A stretch of 64,000 nucleotides of DNA from Candidatus Colwellbacteria bacterium (lineage in GTDB: Bacteria; Patescibacteriota; Minisyncoccia; UBA6257; Colwellbacteraceae): positions 2,492 to 66,491 of the forward strand of contig JAUYKE010000021.1 of assembly GCA_030700125.1 (NCBI GenBank), in the 5' to 3' direction. Shown here one piece after another: positions 1 to 11,185 of this stretch. The notes below the pieces were generated by a model. It had not been told where the DNA came from and ran no database searches. It was given only the letters and a program-made list of their open reading frames with translations. Position numbers and translations under genes: made by a program. How positions within the stretch are numbered: the stretch's first letter is position 1; every line of letters begins with the position of its first letter.

Positions 1-541
1 TAAAGGCAACGTTATTGATCCTTTGGGAGTAGCGGAGATTTATGGGACGGACGCCCTGCGGATGGCACTGACCGTCGGCAATATGCCCGGGAGTGATACG
101 GCTATCTCCGAAGACAAAATCCGAGGATACCGGAATTTTACGACCAAGATTTGGAATGCTTCGCGGTTTGTCATTTCAAGCTATGACAAAAAGCTGAAAG
201 TTAGACCAAGATATACAAAAGCTGATCGAGCACATTTAAAAAAGCTGCAAGAAATAAAGAAACAAGTAACAAGTGATTTGGAAAAATTTAGATTTCATCA
301 TGCCGCCGAAACTCTTTACCATTATTTCTGGCACACTTTTGCCGACAAGATTATTGAAGTAAATAAATCACGTTTGCAGGGAGACGATTTGGCGGACAGG
401 GCGGCGGCCCAAGCGGCACTTTTAGAGATTCTTGAAGAGAATCTAAAGATGCTCCATCCTTTTATGCCATATGTCACCGAAGAGATCTGGGCTAGATTGC
501 CTCATAAGCCACGGGGTATGCTCATGATTGAAAAATGGTAA
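1..541 (+). CDS. valS: valine--tRNA ligase, C-terminal part (gene begins before the window)
   Basis: Frame open from window start (KGNVIDP-GVAEIYGTDALR); YRNFTTKIWNASRF and LHPFMPYVTEEIW anticodon-binding motifs; ends without the C-terminal coiled coil. Confidence 0.93.
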   Translation, partial: KGNVIDPLGVAEIYGTDALRMALTVGNMPGSDTAISEDKIRGYRNFTTKIWNASRFVISSYDKKLKVRPRYTKADRAHLKKLQEIKKQVTSDLEKFRFHHAAETLYHYFWHTFADKIIEVNKSRLQGDDLADRAAAQAALLEILEENLKMLHPFMPYVTEEIWARLPHKPRGMLMIEKW

Positions 542-1206
542 TTATTCCTTCGATTTTAGGTCTTCTCCCGGCAGTTCTCTGGCTTATTTTCTTTCTCCGC
601 GAAGATGCTACTCGGCCGGAACCGAAAAGAATGATTATTTATGTGTTTATCGGCGGGGCTTTGGCAGCTGGCGTATCGGTTATCCCTGAATTTTATCTCC
701 AAAAATATTTTCCTCCCTCAATCGGCGAGCCGTCTTATGCCTCCCCACTTCTCGCAGCATTTGCTTTTATTGAAGAGCTTACTAAGTTCCTGATTGTTTA
801 CCTCATTATTAAGAAAAGTAAATATTTTGACGAAGGGGTGGATGGAATGATTTACATGATTACCGCCGGACTGGGATTCGCTGCGGTGGAGAACATATTG
901 AATTTAATCGGCGCTGAGTCGGTCTTTGAAACCTTTACCTTAAGAGCAATCGGAGCAACCTTGCTTCACGCCATGGCAAGCGGCATCCTCGGTTTTCACT
1001 GGGTTAGAGGGTACCTTATCCCGGGGATTGTGGCAGCCACCCTGCTTCACTGGGGATTCAATTACCTCGTTCTTCTTTTTCAAAATATAGAAATCTATAC
1101 TACGGGGTTGCTGCTTCTTGCCGCCATTTTTCTCTTTCATGATTTTGAAATCCTAAAAGCCCGAGACCGAATGATGGCTCGACTCAGACGCCCCCAGCAA
1201 CAATAG
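535..1206 (+). CDS. PrsW-family intramembrane metalloprotease
   Basis: Multi-TM protein with EELTK, AGLGFAAVEN, LLHA and LHWGFN motifs. Confidence 0.88.
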   Translation: MVIIPSILGLLPAVLWLIFFLREDATRPEPKRMIIYVFIGGALAAGVSVIPEFYLQKYFPPSIGEPSYASPLLAAFAFIEELTKFLIVYLIIKKSKYFDEGVDGMIYMITAGLGFAAVENILNLIGAESVFETFTLRAIGATLLHAMASGILGFHWVRGYLIPGIVAATLLHWGFNYLVLLFQNIEIYTTGLLLLAAIFLFHDFEILKARDRMMARLRRPQQQ

Positions 1207-1212
1207 TGTATA

Positions 1213-1246
1213 ACCCCGCACCTTTTCAAACAAAAAGGTGCGGGGT
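1213..1246. repeat. CCCCGCACC...GGTGCGGGG palindromic element / hairpin
   Basis: accccgcacctttt-caaac-aaaaaggtgcggggt; the same arms recur at about 44406-44474, 47191 and 47356-47386. Confidence 0.7.
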
Positions 1247-1265
1247 ATAATATTTCCATAAGACC

Positions 1266-1703
1266 ATGTTTAATAAACTTTTTGGTAAGCCCGGAAAATT
1301 AGAAACAAATAAGCTACGAGCTAAAGAAAGTGATCTGCCGGAAACGGGCATCGCTGAAGAAATGGAGGGGCAGCTGGCAATTGACGTTTATCAAACACCG
1401 GATGAAGTTGTCGTTGAGTCAACTATTGCCGGAGTTAGGATTGCCGATCTTGATATTGATGTTTCAAGCGAAAAGATAACGGTTAGAGGGGAACGTCATC
1501 GCGACAGTAAAATCGCCGGCCATGATTATTTCTGGCAAGAATGTTTCTGGGGAAAGTTTTCTCGTTCCGTTATTCTCCCTGAAGAAATTGATCCTGATAG
1601 GGCTCACTTCACACTAAAAAGAGGAGTGCTCACAATTCACCTGCCAAAAGTTCATAAAGACAGGGTAAGGAAAATCGAGGGGAAAGAGATCAAAGACGAC
1701 TAA
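1266..1703 (+). CDS. Hsp20/alpha-crystallin small heat-shock protein
   Basis: EGQLAIDVYQT...ECFWGKFSRSVILP...GVLTIHLPK. Confidence 0.92.
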   Translation: MFNKLFGKPGKLETNKLRAKESDLPETGIAEEMEGQLAIDVYQTPDEVVVESTIAGVRIADLDIDVSSEKITVRGERHRDSKIAGHDYFWQECFWGKFSRSVILPEEIDPDRAHFTLKRGVLTIHLPKVHKDRVRKIEGKEIKDD

Positions 1704-1763
1704 AGCCCGCTGCTCCACAGCGGGAAATCCCAAATTACAAAATCCAAGTTACAAACCGTTTTG

Positions 1764-2573
1764 TTATTTGGTGCTTGGATCTTGGTGCTTTGAATGGGAA
1801 ATTCTATCAATGAAATTTCCCATGAGCTGGTGGGCTTTGCCTGCGTGCTTATCTACGGTAAAAACGTGATAAGAATTTTCAAAAAAGACGAGCTCTTTCT
1901 CTTTGGAACCGACGTTATCATAAAGATATTCCGAGCTTTTGGGCAGGACGATGCTATCCGGTCTTGAATGCATTATGAGAATTGGCGCCGTGATTTTAGG
2001 GATGATTTTCTTGGTGGGGGAAGTCATTCTAGAGGCTTCCAGTATGCTTCTTGGCGGAAATTCAGCATAATGTACTTTCTTCTGGGCAACTTCCCTATCT
2101 TCCCTCCTGCGATACATTTTCTTGAGCAATTTCCGATTTCTTAAAATCCAATAGAGGACTCTGATTATTACTCGCCATCGCAGTTTAGTAAAAATCGGTG
2201 TTCCCATGGCAATAATACCTTCGACTTCTCTTTTTTGAGAAAGATTTAAAGCCAGAAGGGAGCCGGTGGACATTCCGCCGACAACAATTTCGGAGGCATA
2301 TTGCGAGAACCAATCGTAAGCTCCGCAAACATCCTCCAGCCAATCCTCCCACTTTAAGCCGATTAAATCGCGCGGTTCTGTCCCGTGCCCCCGGAGAAGC
2401 GGAGCGTATACCGAATAGCCGAGACCGTTTAGATAATTAGCTGTGTTGCGAAGCTCTTGAGGGGTGGATGACCAACCGTGAATTAATAAGACGCCGGTTT
2501 TTTTGCTACCTTTCAAAAAAATCGGCTCTCCGCCTTTGAGAATTTCTTTATTAGTCCAAAGTGGGGGTTTCAC
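1764..2573 (-). CDS. alpha/beta-hydrolase (carboxylesterase/monoacylglycerol lipase-like)
   Basis: LLIHGW, LRGHG, GMSTG nucleophile elbow, D..V and SYH triad residues. Confidence 0.88.
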   Translation of the reverse strand: MKPPLWTNKEILKGGEPIFLKGSKKTGVLLIHGWSSTPQELRNTANYLNGLGYSVYAPLLRGHGTEPRDLIGLKWEDWLEDVCGAYDWFSQYASEIVVGGMSTGSLLALNLSQKREVEGIIAMGTPIFTKLRWRVIIRVLYWILRNRKLLKKMYRRREDREVAQKKVHYAEFPPRSILEASRMTSPTKKIIPKITAPILIMHSRPDSIVLPKSSEYLYDNVGSKEKELVFFENSYHVFTVDKHAGKAHQLMGNFIDRISHSKHQDPSTK

Positions 2574-2674
2574 TTTATCTGATACTTAATTTCCTCAAGC
2601 CCAATTTTCCCCAAAATGGCGACGAGGGCGGCAAAGACAGCGGCTAAGAGAGCATAAATAATCCAGGCAGGCAT
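2570..2674 (-). pseudogene. 34-aa fragment resembling the N-terminal helix of EamA/DMT transporters
   Basis: Manual translation MPAWIIYALLAAVFAALVAILGKIGLEEIKYQIK*; GTGA overlap with the hydrolase start. Confidence 0.55.
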
Positions 2675-2706
2675 AAGCTTAATAATACCAGATTGATTTT
2701 ATTCTG

Positions 2707-2778
2707 TGCGCGCTCGAGGTATCGAACCCCGGACCTACTCGGTGTAAACGAGTCGCTCTACCACTGAGCTAAGCGCGC
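2707..2778 (-). tRNA. tRNA-Val(UAC)
   Basis: Cloverleaf; anticodon arm ACTCG..CTCG-TT-TAC-AC-CGAG; GGTTCGAT T-loop; no encoded CCA. Confidence 0.93.
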
Positions 2779-2781
2779 CCT

Positions 2782-2856
2782 TGGTCGGCCCGGTAGGACT
2801 CGAACCTACAACCGCCAAGATATAAGCTTGGTGCACTGCCATTGTGCTACGGGCCG
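2782..2856 (-). tRNA. tRNA-Ile(UAU)
   Basis: CGGCCCG/CGGGCCG acceptor; CCAAG-CT-TAT-AT-CTTGG anticodon arm; CCA encoded. Confidence 0.9.
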
Positions 2857-2871
2857 CACTTCAGGTTCAGA

Positions 2872-4728
2872 TTATGCCTTAATCCCTCTTAGTTTAAAAG
2901 GCTTAATAATGGCGTAGAATTCTTCTTGTTCCAGCACCTCTTTTTCAATAAGCGCCCTAGCTATCGCTTTAAGTGCCGCCTTGTTTTTAGTGACAATTTG
3001 GACCGCTTTTCTGTAGGCATTATCAATAAAACTTCTGACTTCTCTATCAATTTCCGCCGCTACTTCCTCTGAATAATTTTTTTCGGTTGTAATCTCTCTT
3101 CCCAAGAATATCAGATCCTCGGTCTTGCCAAAAGTTAAAGGGCCCATTTTTTCACTCATGCCGTATCGGGTAACAAGCCGCCGGGCTAAAGTTGACGCTT
3201 GCTTTAGATCGTTCGAAGCGCCGGTCGTAATCTCTTTAAACATTATTTTTTCCGAAGCGTAGCCGCCGAGCATCATCGCTAAATCAGCCAAGAACTGCGA
3301 TTTGGTAACAAGCCGCCGGTCTTCCAAGGGTAAATTAATGGTATATCCTCCGGCCTGCCCGCGGGCAATGATTGAAACTTTGCTTATCGGATCGGCGTCT
3401 TTCAAGCCGGCCGCGACAAGCGCGTGGCCGGCTTCGTGGTAGGCCGTAATCTCTTTTTCTTTATCTGAGACTATGCGGCTTCGCCTCGCCGGCCCTAAAA
3501 TAACTTTTTCAATTGATTCATAAAGCTGAAGCTGGCCGACCTCGGTATGCTTTTCCTGAACAGCGAGAATCGCCGCCTCGTTAACAAGATTTGCCAGATC
3601 AGCGCCGGAAAAACCGGGAGTTCTCGCCGCCACCCTGGAGAAATCAACGTCTTTTGCCAAGGGCTTACCTTTGGCGTGAATCTTTAAAATTTCTTCCCGC
3701 TCCCTAATGTCCGGCAGATCAAGCACCACCCTTCGGTCAAACCGCCCAGGGCGCAAGAGTGCCGCGTCAAGCACGTCAGGCCGATTGGTTGCCGCGAGCA
3801 CTATCACTCTGGTGCCCTGATCGAAGCCGTCCATTTCAACCAAAATTTGGTTTAGGGTCTGCTCCCTCTCATCATGTCCACCGCCTAAGCCGGCGCCTCT
3901 TTCCCGGCCAACCGCGTCAATTTCATCGATAAAGAGGATGGAAGGAGCCGCCTTTTTAGCTGTTAAAAAGGCGTCCCGAGTCCGGCTAGCTCCAACTCCG
4001 ACAAACATCTCTACGAACTCTGATGCCGAAATGTGAAAGAATGGCACCCCGCTCTCACCCGCGACTGCCCTCGCCAACAACGTCTTTCCGGTTCCCGGCG
4101 GCCCCATCAAAAGTACGCCGCGAGGGATTTTGGCTCCCATCTCAGTGTATTTTTTCGGCTCCTTCAGAAAATCAACAATCTCTTCAAGTTCTTTTTTGGC
4201 TTCTTTTAGGCCGGCCACGTCAGCAAAAGTAGTCTTCTCTTTTTGGCCGCCGAATAGATGAACGTTCGCTCGCCCAAAAGTGAAGGCTTGGTTAACTCCG
4301 GTTTTGGCTTGCCGAATGAGAAACCAGAAGATGGCCACGATAAAAATCAGGGGCAAAAGAGCCGGAAGAATAATGCTTAGCCAAAAGCCAATCCCCGATT
4401 GTTCTTTTGATTCTATTCCCACCCCGCCCAAAGCCTCGGGCGCGACCCCGTAGTTAACAAGGGTTTGGGTCAAGCCGGCTTCAACCTCCTTTTTGGAAAC
4501 GAGCTTCTCGCCGTTTTTAAGTTCAATTTTCAAGTTGTCTCCGGCGACTATAATCTTCATCACCTCACCGGCGGTGATCTTGTGAGCCAGTTCAGTAATA
4601 TTAATCGTTGCCGGTTCGTCCCGGGTTTCGTAAATCAAAGAGGAAACAAAAGCCAGCGCAATTAGCGCGATAACCACCCGAATGATGCCCCGATAAAATA
4701 TTTTTTTGTTGGGACCCTGGTCCTTCAT
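2872..4728 (-). CDS. ftsH: ATP-dependent zinc metalloprotease FtsH
   Basis: Two TM helices, [26 protein letters not shown]; start placed at MKDQ (4728). Confidence 0.97.
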   Translation of the reverse strand: MKDQGPNKKIFYRGIIRVVIALIALAFVSSLIYETRDEPATINITELAHKITAGEVMKIIVAGDNLKIELKNGEKLVSKKEVEAGLTQTLVNYGVAPEALGGVGIESKEQSGIGFWLSIILPALLPLIFIVAIFWFLIRQAKTGVNQAFTFGRANVHLFGGQKEKTTFADVAGLKEAKKELEEIVDFLKEPKKYTEMGAKIPRGVLLMGPPGTGKTLLARAVAGESGVPFFHISASEFVEMFVGVGASRTRDAFLTAKKAAPSILFIDEIDAVGRERGAGLGGGHDEREQTLNQILVEMDGFDQGTRVIVLAATNRPDVLDAALLRPGRFDRRVVLDLPDIREREEILKIHAKGKPLAKDVDFSRVAARTPGFSGADLANLVNEAAILAVQEKHTEVGQLQLYESIEKVILGPARRSRIVSDKEKEITAYHEAGHALVAAGLKDADPISKVSIIARGQAGGYTINLPLEDRRLVTKSQFLADLAMMLGGYASEKIMFKEITTGASNDLKQASTLARRLVTRYGMSEKMGPLTFGKTEDLIFLGREITTEKNYSEEVAAEIDREVRSFIDNAYRKAVQIVTKNKAALKAIARALIEKEVLEQEEFYAIIKPFKLRGIKA

Positions 4729-4738
4729 GGACTTAAAA

Positions 4739-5875
4739 TTATTCAACCGCCACCGGAGGCTCTCCAATTGACGTGGCCTGCCCCGGCGGCGTCTTCGAGG
4801 TAAGTTTAAGAATAATCCTTTTTTCATCGGGCTTAACGGAGTCAATCAGAAACTCGTAGGATTTGCCCGGCTCGAGATTTTTCTTTAATTCCTCCACCGA
4901 GCCAAACTCGGAGACATGAATCAGTCCCATAATATCCTGGTCAAGCTTAATAAAAGCGCCGAAAGGATTAAGTTTGTGAACGATTCCATGCACCGTCACT
5001 CCTTCCTTGAAACGTTCACTCACTTTCTCCCAGGGGTTTGGTTGGAGAGTTTTGATTGAAAGGGATACTCGGCCGTCTTTGATCTCAATAATTTTGGCTT
5101 GAACCATATCGCCGATTGCCACTACTTCCTTAGGGTGGTCAATTATATTATGGCTTAGTTCAGAGATGTGAATCAGTCCTTCGATTTCGGGATTGTCGGC
5201 AAAACGGGCAAAAGCGCCGAAATTAGCCACCCCGGAGATAATCCCCGAAACAACTTGCCCTACCGAATACTGGACTAAGAGTTCCTTCACATTCTCGGTT
5301 ACCACTTCTCTCTCGGAAACTATTAATTTATTGTTTCGCGGATTGACGTTAATGATCTTTACCGTGAGTTCGGTGCCGATGAACTGATTCAGGGTCTCTA
5401 GTATCTTCTGGCGATTGCCGTCGGCGTTTTGAGGATAATGCTCGTTGGAGAGTTGAGAGGCCGGTAAAAAGGCCTGAAGACCGGCAATGGCGGAAATCAA
5501 CCCGCCGGTATTAGCCGCCGTAATCTGAACTTTAATCGGTTCTCCCTGATCCTTTAGTTCTTTGACTTCCTGCCAAGCCTTCTGTTTGCCTGCTTCGGTC
5601 AAAGATAATTCTACAAACCCCTCGTCGTTTTCCGGGGCAAGCACCTTAGCGGTTACGACCTCGCCGATCTCAAGTTTTTTTAGAATTCCTTTGGCATTTA
5701 AAAATTCCACTCCATAGACAATACCGGTTCCGATTTTGGGAATTTCAAAATAGGCCGCCCGGCCGCCCCTCTCCATTAGGGAAACATCAACAAGATCGCC
5801 TTCCTTAAGAAGAATCATGAGCGAGGGGTTCGCTTTGAGCATTTGCAGTTCTAGATGATTACCGTTCTTTTGCAT
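4739..5875 (-). CDS. rpsA: 30S ribosomal protein S1 (short, about 4 S1 domains)
   Basis: AFLPASQL, EGLIHISELS, GLIHVSE S1 repeats; start placed at MQKN. Confidence 0.88.
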   Translation of the reverse strand: MQKNGNHLELQMLKANPSLMILLKEGDLVDVSLMERGGRAAYFEIPKIGTGIVYGVEFLNAKGILKKLEIGEVVTAKVLAPENDEGFVELSLTEAGKQKAWQEVKELKDQGEPIKVQITAANTGGLISAIAGLQAFLPASQLSNEHYPQNADGNRQKILETLNQFIGTELTVKIINVNPRNNKLIVSEREVVTENVKELLVQYSVGQVVSGIISGVANFGAFARFADNPEIEGLIHISELSHNIIDHPKEVVAIGDMVQAKIIEIKDGRVSLSIKTLQPNPWEKVSERFKEGVTVHGIVHKLNPFGAFIKLDQDIMGLIHVSEFGSVEELKKNLEPGKSYEFLIDSVKPDEKRIILKLTSKTPPGQATSIGEPPVAVE

Positions 5876-5961
5876 TGCTTGGAGATTATAGAGAAATGGA
5901 TTTGTGTCTGCAAGTTTCAGAAGCTTGTCGAAAGCCCCAATCATCCGGTAAAATTAATTGG

Positions 5962-6531
5962 ATGATAGTGAGCTTATCGTCTCCTGGCTGTAAGTGCCAA
6001 GTGGGAGACTTTGTTATGTTTGTTGACCCCGCCTCCGACAGGAAGGCCGATTTAATTTTGAAAACCAAAACTGACTTGCCGATCGGCTTCCCTCTTTCGC
6101 CGGAAGTTGTCGCCGGATCCGGTGAATATGAGATCGGAGGAGTGAGAGTGAAGGGTATGAGTTTAGAGAACGAAGCTAACGGCCAAACCATAAGGACGAT
6201 TTATGCGGTTCTACTTGAAGGAGTCAAGCTCGCCTTTCTGGGGGAGCTCCAAGACGAACCTGACGAAGAATCCTTAGGTAAATTGGGGAAAGCTGATATT
6301 CTATTTCTCTCGGCTGACTCAGGTAAGCTAAAAGCCAAACAACTCACCTCCCTCATTAAGCAAATTGATCCCAAAATTATCATTCCGATTAGCGATAAAA
6401 CAGCGAAATTGCTGGCTGAAGAGTTGGGGCAGAAGGTCAAAGCGGAAGAAAAATTAGTTATCAAGAAGAAGGATTTAGATAAAGAGCAAATTGTAAGTAA
6501 ATTAGTATGGCTAAAGAGCGGGACGAAATAA
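5962..6531 (+). CDS. degenerate MBL-fold protein
   Basis: [19 protein letters not shown] and IDPKIIIP match short MBL-fold proteins, but HxHxDH is absent. Confidence 0.65.
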   Translation: MIVSLSSPGCKCQVGDFVMFVDPASDRKADLILKTKTDLPIGFPLSPEVVAGSGEYEIGGVRVKGMSLENEANGQTIRTIYAVLLEGVKLAFLGELQDEPDEESLGKLGKADILFLSADSGKLKAKQLTSLIKQIDPKIIIPISDKTAKLLAEELGQKVKAEEKLVIKKKDLDKEQIVSKLVWLKSGTK

Positions 6532-8942
6532 ACAGAGGAGGCAAAATTGAGCCGAGAGAAATTACCGCGGAGTTGCGCGAGTCCTATTTGGATTATGCGA
6601 TGTCGGTTATCGTCGGTCGCGCCTTGCCCGACGTTCGAGACGGCCTAAAACCGGTTCACCGCCGGATTTTATGGGCAATGCAGGAGCTGGGATTAACTGC
6701 CGGCAGCAAATTTATGAAGTCCGCAAGAGTGGTTGGTGAAACTATGGGTAAATTCCATCCGCACGGGGATGCGGCGGTCTACGACGCCTTGGTAAGAATG
6801 GCCCAGCCGTTCTCATTACGTTATCCGCTTATTACCGGACAAGGAAATTTTGGGAGTGTTGATGGGGATGGAGCTGCGGCACAAAGGTATACCGAGGTAA
6901 AATTATCTCCAATCGCCGAAGAGCTTTTAACCGATATTGATAAAGATACCGTTGATTTCGCCCCTAACTACGACGACTCTCGCAAAGAGCCGGTAGTAAT
7001 GCCGGCCAAATTCCCCAATCTCTTAGTGAACGGTTCCGAGGGAATTGCCGTAGGAATGGCGACTAAAATTCCGCCCCACAACCTAAGCGAGGTAATTAAC
7101 GCCAGCATCCACTTGATTGATAGTCCGAAAGCTACCGCCGAGGAGCTAATGGGGTTTGTCCAAGGACCGGACTTTCCCACCGGCGGGATAATTTACGACC
7201 GGAAGGCAATTGTCGAGGCCTACATTTCCGGCCGGGGTAGTGTCACATGCCGAGCTACGGTTGAGGTTGAAGAGAAAAGAATCGTTATTAGCGAAATTCC
7301 TTACCAGGTTAACAAATCCGAACTTATCATACGGATGGCCGAGCTTGTCCAGGAGAAGCGAATTGAAGGGATTAGGGATCTTCGAGATGAATCCGATAAA
7401 GATGGATTGCGAATTACGATTGATCTGAAGTCCGATTCCGTCCCGGAAAAAGTATTAAACCAGCTCTGGCGGCATACCGACCTCCAGAAGGACTACCATC
7501 TAAACATGGTGGCCCTAGCTGAAGGGCTCCAACCCCAGACAATGTCCATTCGGGACGTTCTCTTGGGTTTTGTTCTACACCGCAAGGAAGTCGTCACTCG
7601 CCGAACCAAGTTTGAACTAAAGCGAGCCGAAGAGCGGGCCCATATTTTAGAGGGACTAGCCAAGGCCTTATCTCAAATTGATAAAGTGATTGCCGCCATT
7701 AAAAAATCGGCTGATAGAGCCGAGGCCCACACGAATTTAATAAAGCAGTTTGATTTAAGTGACCGCCAGGCAACGGCCATATTAGAAATGCGGCTCCAAA
7801 CCTTGGCGGCTCTCGAGCGGCAAAAGATTGCGGATGAGTTAAAAGAGAAACTCCAATTAATTAAGGACTTGAAGCTTCTTTTGAAGAGTCCGGAAAAAAT
7901 TCTGGGAATCATCAAAAGAGAATTGAAAGAACTTGATAGCCGTTTTGGCGACGAGCGCCGCACCAAATTGAAGGTCGGCGCGTTGAAAGAGTTGGCGGAT
8001 GAAGACATGATTCCTCAAGAAGAGGCGATTATCACGCAGACCCACGACGGCTACATTAAGCGTCTGCCCCCCGGAACTTTCAAGCATCAGCGGCGAGGAG
8101 GCAAAGGCGTGAAAGGTGGAATCACCAATGAAGCTGATGTTTTGACGCACTTCATCGGCGCCCATACCCACGATGATATTCTCTTCTTTACCGACAAAGG
8201 ACGTGTTTTTCAAACAAAAGTCTACGAAATCCCGTCCGCTTCGCGCGTGAGCAAAGGTCAGATGATTCATAATTTCTTGGGTATTCCAGCCAACGAAAAG
8301 GTTAGCGCTATTGTAGCTTACGGCAGCGAAGAGAAGAAAAACAACCCTTATTTAGTGATTGTCACCGCCGGCGGAGTAATAAAGAAAACCGGGCTTGATA
8401 AATTTGAGAATGTCCGGCGAAGCGGCATCCTCGCCGTGAACCTTAGTAAAGGAGATGAACTGAAGTGGGCCAAGCTCGCCGGGCCCAAGGACGAGATTGT
8501 GATGACTACCGCGGCAGGCCGGGCAATCAGATTTAAGGGAGGGGACGTAAGAGCTATGGGGAGGACGGCCGGAGGTGTCAGGGGCATCACTTTGAAAAAA
8601 GACGACAGAGTCAGTTCCTTTGACTTGGTGGCACCGATGAAAGCTGCGAGGTTCCTCACGGTGATGGTAAATGGATACGCTAAGCAAACCCCGCTTAAGG
8701 AATACAAGCTTCAGCGGCGCGGCGGTCAGGGGATTTTAACCGCCAAAGTGACCAGCAAAACCGGTCAAGTAGTTTCAGCTCATGTTATAATTGAACAGAC
8801 TGAACTGTTAGCGCTTTCAGCCAAGGGATTGGTGTTGCGCACAAGCATTAAAAGTATTAGATCTGCCGGCCGAGCCACCCAAGGAGTGCGTATCATGAAG
8901 CTCGGCGCCGGCGATAAAATTATCGGAACAGTTTGTCTTTAG
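6507..8942 (+). CDS. gyrA: DNA gyrase subunit A
   Basis: [28 protein letters not shown] catalytic Tyr, GyrA-box QRRGGKG. Confidence 0.98.
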   Translation: MAKERDEINRGGKIEPREITAELRESYLDYAMSVIVGRALPDVRDGLKPVHRRILWAMQELGLTAGSKFMKSARVVGETMGKFHPHGDAAVYDALVRMAQPFSLRYPLITGQGNFGSVDGDGAAAQRYTEVKLSPIAEELLTDIDKDTVDFAPNYDDSRKEPVVMPAKFPNLLVNGSEGIAVGMATKIPPHNLSEVINASIHLIDSPKATAEELMGFVQGPDFPTGGIIYDRKAIVEAYISGRGSVTCRATVEVEEKRIVISEIPYQVNKSELIIRMAELVQEKRIEGIRDLRDESDKDGLRITIDLKSDSVPEKVLNQLWRHTDLQKDYHLNMVALAEGLQPQTMSIRDVLLGFVLHRKEVVTRRTKFELKRAEERAHILEGLAKALSQIDKVIAAIKKSADRAEAHTNLIKQFDLSDRQATAILEMRLQTLAALERQKIADELKEKLQLIKDLKLLLKSPEKILGIIKRELKELDSRFGDERRTKLKVGALKELADEDMIPQEEAIITQTHDGYIKRLPPGTFKHQRRGGKGVKGGITNEADVLTHFIGAHTHDDILFFTDKGRVFQTKVYEIPSASRVSKGQMIHNFLGIPANEKVSAIVAYGSEEKKNNPYLVIVTAGGVIKKTGLDKFENVRRSGILAVNLSKGDELKWAKLAGPKDEIVMTTAAGRAIRFKGGDVRAMGRTAGGVRGITLKKDDRVSSFDLVAPMKAARFLTVMVNGYAKQTPLKEYKLQRRGGQGILTAKVTSKTGQVVSAHVIIEQTELLALSAKGLVLRTSIKSIRSAGRATQGVRIMKLGAGDKIIGTVCL

Positions 8943-8999
8943 ACATCAGACAACAGTAATCAGACATCAGAAGCCCCAATTACTAATAACTATTAATTA

Positions 9000-10283
9000 A
9001 TGTCTTTTACTCGTCAGCAACTTATCTTCCTCGGCGTTGTCGGCGCCATTGTTTTAATATTTCTCATCATCTTTTTTGCTGGAGGCAGGAGATCATCAAC
9101 TGAGAGAGTAGAACTCACTGTTTGGGGAATAGATGACAAAGTAGCTTGGCGTGACACTATTTTTCAGTACCGAAGGCTCCACTCAAACGTCAGAATAGAA
9201 TATACCCAGATTGACCCGGAAAATTATGAGAAGGAACTTGTAAATGCCCTGGCTGCGGATCGAGGTCCGGACATTTTTATGTTTAACAGTCGCTGGCTTT
9301 ATAAGCACGGCGATAAAATTGCCGCTTTTCCCTCGGAGACGATGAGTCTTAGCGCCTTTAGTGAACTCTTCCCGAAAGTGGCGGAACAGGACTTTCTTTA
9401 TAATGGGCAAATTTATGCCCTGCCTCTTTCAGTCGATACCCTGGCTCTTGTTTACAACCGGGATATTTTTGATGGGCGAGGCGTGGCTCTATCGCCGAAG
9501 ACCTGGGAAGAATTCCAATCTCTTGTTCCCCGCTTGAGAACTATTAATAAACAAGGAAGCTTGACGCTTGCCGCTGCTTCAATCGGCGGCCCTTCAGAGA
9601 ATATACCGAATGCTGCTGATATTTTATCCCTTTTAATGTTCCAGGCAGGTGCCACTCAAACGGATGAAGAGCTTGGCACGACCAGGATTAATCCTAACAC
9701 GAAGGAGGGCGAAAACGCTCTTAGCTTTTATGCTCAATTCGCCAGTCCAACCAGTACTTACTATGCTTGGAGTAATTCTTTTGAATCCTCTACCGAATCT
9801 TTTGCCGAGGGTAAAACAGCAATGGTTTTCGTTTATGCCTACCAACTCCCCCGGATTAAGGAAAAAAATCCTTTTCTGGATTACGCTATTGCGCCAGCAC
9901 CGCAAATCAATCCCGATAACCCAATAAACATTGCCAACTATTGGGGATTGGCAGTTTCTACGAAAAGCTTAAGCCAAAACGTGGCCTGGGATTTTGTGAC
10001 GTTTGCTGCAACCGACAAGGATAATGCGGCCAATTATCTCAAGACTACCTCCCGCCCGCCGGCTTTGAGATCCCTAATCAATGATCATCTAAGTGATAAA
10101 GATCTTGGCGTTTTTGCCAGTCAGGCGTTAACCGCCAGAACTTGGTTTCAGGTTGATGATATAGCTTTTCAAAGGATTCTTAACGGGGCGATAAAAAGAG
10201 CGCTGGGAGGAGCCCCTCTCTATCAAGTTTTAAGGCAGGTCGATGCCGAAATAATCCAACTGGAAAGAGAGTTAACAAGATGA
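9000..10283 (+). CDS. membrane-anchored extracellular solute-binding protein (family 1-like)
   Basis: N-terminal TM, ELTVWG, GPDIF, YALPLSVDTLALVYNRDIF, FAEGKTAM. Confidence 0.85.
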   Translation: MSFTRQQLIFLGVVGAIVLIFLIIFFAGGRRSSTERVELTVWGIDDKVAWRDTIFQYRRLHSNVRIEYTQIDPENYEKELVNALAADRGPDIFMFNSRWLYKHGDKIAAFPSETMSLSAFSELFPKVAEQDFLYNGQIYALPLSVDTLALVYNRDIFDGRGVALSPKTWEEFQSLVPRLRTINKQGSLTLAAASIGGPSENIPNAADILSLLMFQAGATQTDEELGTTRINPNTKEGENALSFYAQFASPTSTYYAWSNSFESSTESFAEGKTAMVFVYAYQLPRIKEKNPFLDYAIAPAPQINPDNPINIANYWGLAVSTKSLSQNVAWDFVTFAATDKDNAANYLKTTSRPPALRSLINDHLSDKDLGVFASQALTARTWFQVDDIAFQRILNGAIKRALGGAPLYQVLRQVDAEIIQLERELTR

Positions 10284-10654
10284 CGGATTTCCTAAGCTTT
10301 ATAGGGGTAAAAATAGCGCTGGCGCAAGGGCTTGTCCCCAATTGCTCTCCGACTGAATGCGGGGAAGAGCAGCTTCTTCAATTAGGCGTAAATGTCATCA
10401 ATTTTATGATTCAGTTTCTCGCTTTCCCCCTCGTCGTTGTCTTTTTCCTTTGGGGCGGCTTTCTTCTTCTCACCTCCGGCGGTTCGCCTAACCGGGTAGA
10501 GCAGGGTAAAAAAGCGATCACTGGTGCTATTATCGGATTGGTGATTGTTCTCACTTCGGTGGTAGTGATTAACACCCTTCTTGGTACCTTTACTAGCTGC
10601 GAAGTCAAATTGAGCCAAATCGGTAAAGTTAATTGTCCAGGTATCACAGATTAG
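10280..10654 (+). CDS. CPR pilin-like protein (TrbC/VirB2-like)
   Basis: GGFLLLTSGGSPNRVEQGKKAITGAIIGLVIV motif; N-terminal Cys pair. Confidence 0.8.
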   Translation: MTDFLSFIGVKIALAQGLVPNCSPTECGEEQLLQLGVNVINFMIQFLAFPLVVVFFLWGGFLLLTSGGSPNRVEQGKKAITGAIIGLVIVLTSVVVINTLLGTFTSCEVKLSQIGKVNCPGITD

Positions 10655-10701
10655 CAATTTGTTATTATGAAATTAAGCCTCCACCGCCATAAGAGATAAA
10701 A

Positions 10702-11112
10702 ATGAAACATTCTATCCAGTCACTTTTCATTATTCTCCTAGCTTTGTTCGCATTCGGATTTCTAAATCCGGCTCTTAGTCCTGCCCAGGCTCAAGTAGGC
10801 GGCGGGAATCCTAACGGATTAGTTATCGAAAATCCCCTCAACTTCGGCACCATCCCAGAGATCCTTAATGCCGTTGCGGGATTTCTCTACGTAACTGCCC
10901 TTGCCGTAGTAACCGTTATGGTTCTTTGGGGAGGTTTCCAGATTCTTACTGCCGCCGGCAGTCCGGAAAGGATTGATAAAGGCAAGAAGACGCTTTTATA
11001 TGCTGTCATCGGGACAGTAGTTATCATCATCGCTGGCGGGATGGCCGATCTTACCGCTAATATTCTCGGAGGGGGAACCCAGCCGGGTCCTCCTGCTGGC
11101 TCACTACCATAG
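10702..11112 (+). CDS. CPR pilin-like protein (TrbC/VirB2-like)
   Basis: IENPL...GGFQILTAAGSPERIDKGKKTLLYAVIG. Confidence 0.82.
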   Translation: MKHSIQSLFIILLALFAFGFLNPALSPAQAQVGGGNPNGLVIENPLNFGTIPEILNAVAGFLYVTALAVVTVMVLWGGFQILTAAGSPERIDKGKKTLLYAVIGTVVIIIAGGMADLTANILGGGTQPGPPAGSLP

Positions 11113-11185
11113 CCGTTCGCTCTCCACAAGGACTTTATGCTATCATTAGGGAAACCCAAAAGGTCGGAAGCTAAGATCGTGTTTG

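Noticed and set aside
4729-4845. N-terminal extension of FtsH (and similar extensions of rpsA, rpsO, clpP, the ATPase and the helicase in the ORF track)
   Set aside because: They overlap neighbouring genes or promoters; downstream starts fit promoter/SD positions and family lengths better.
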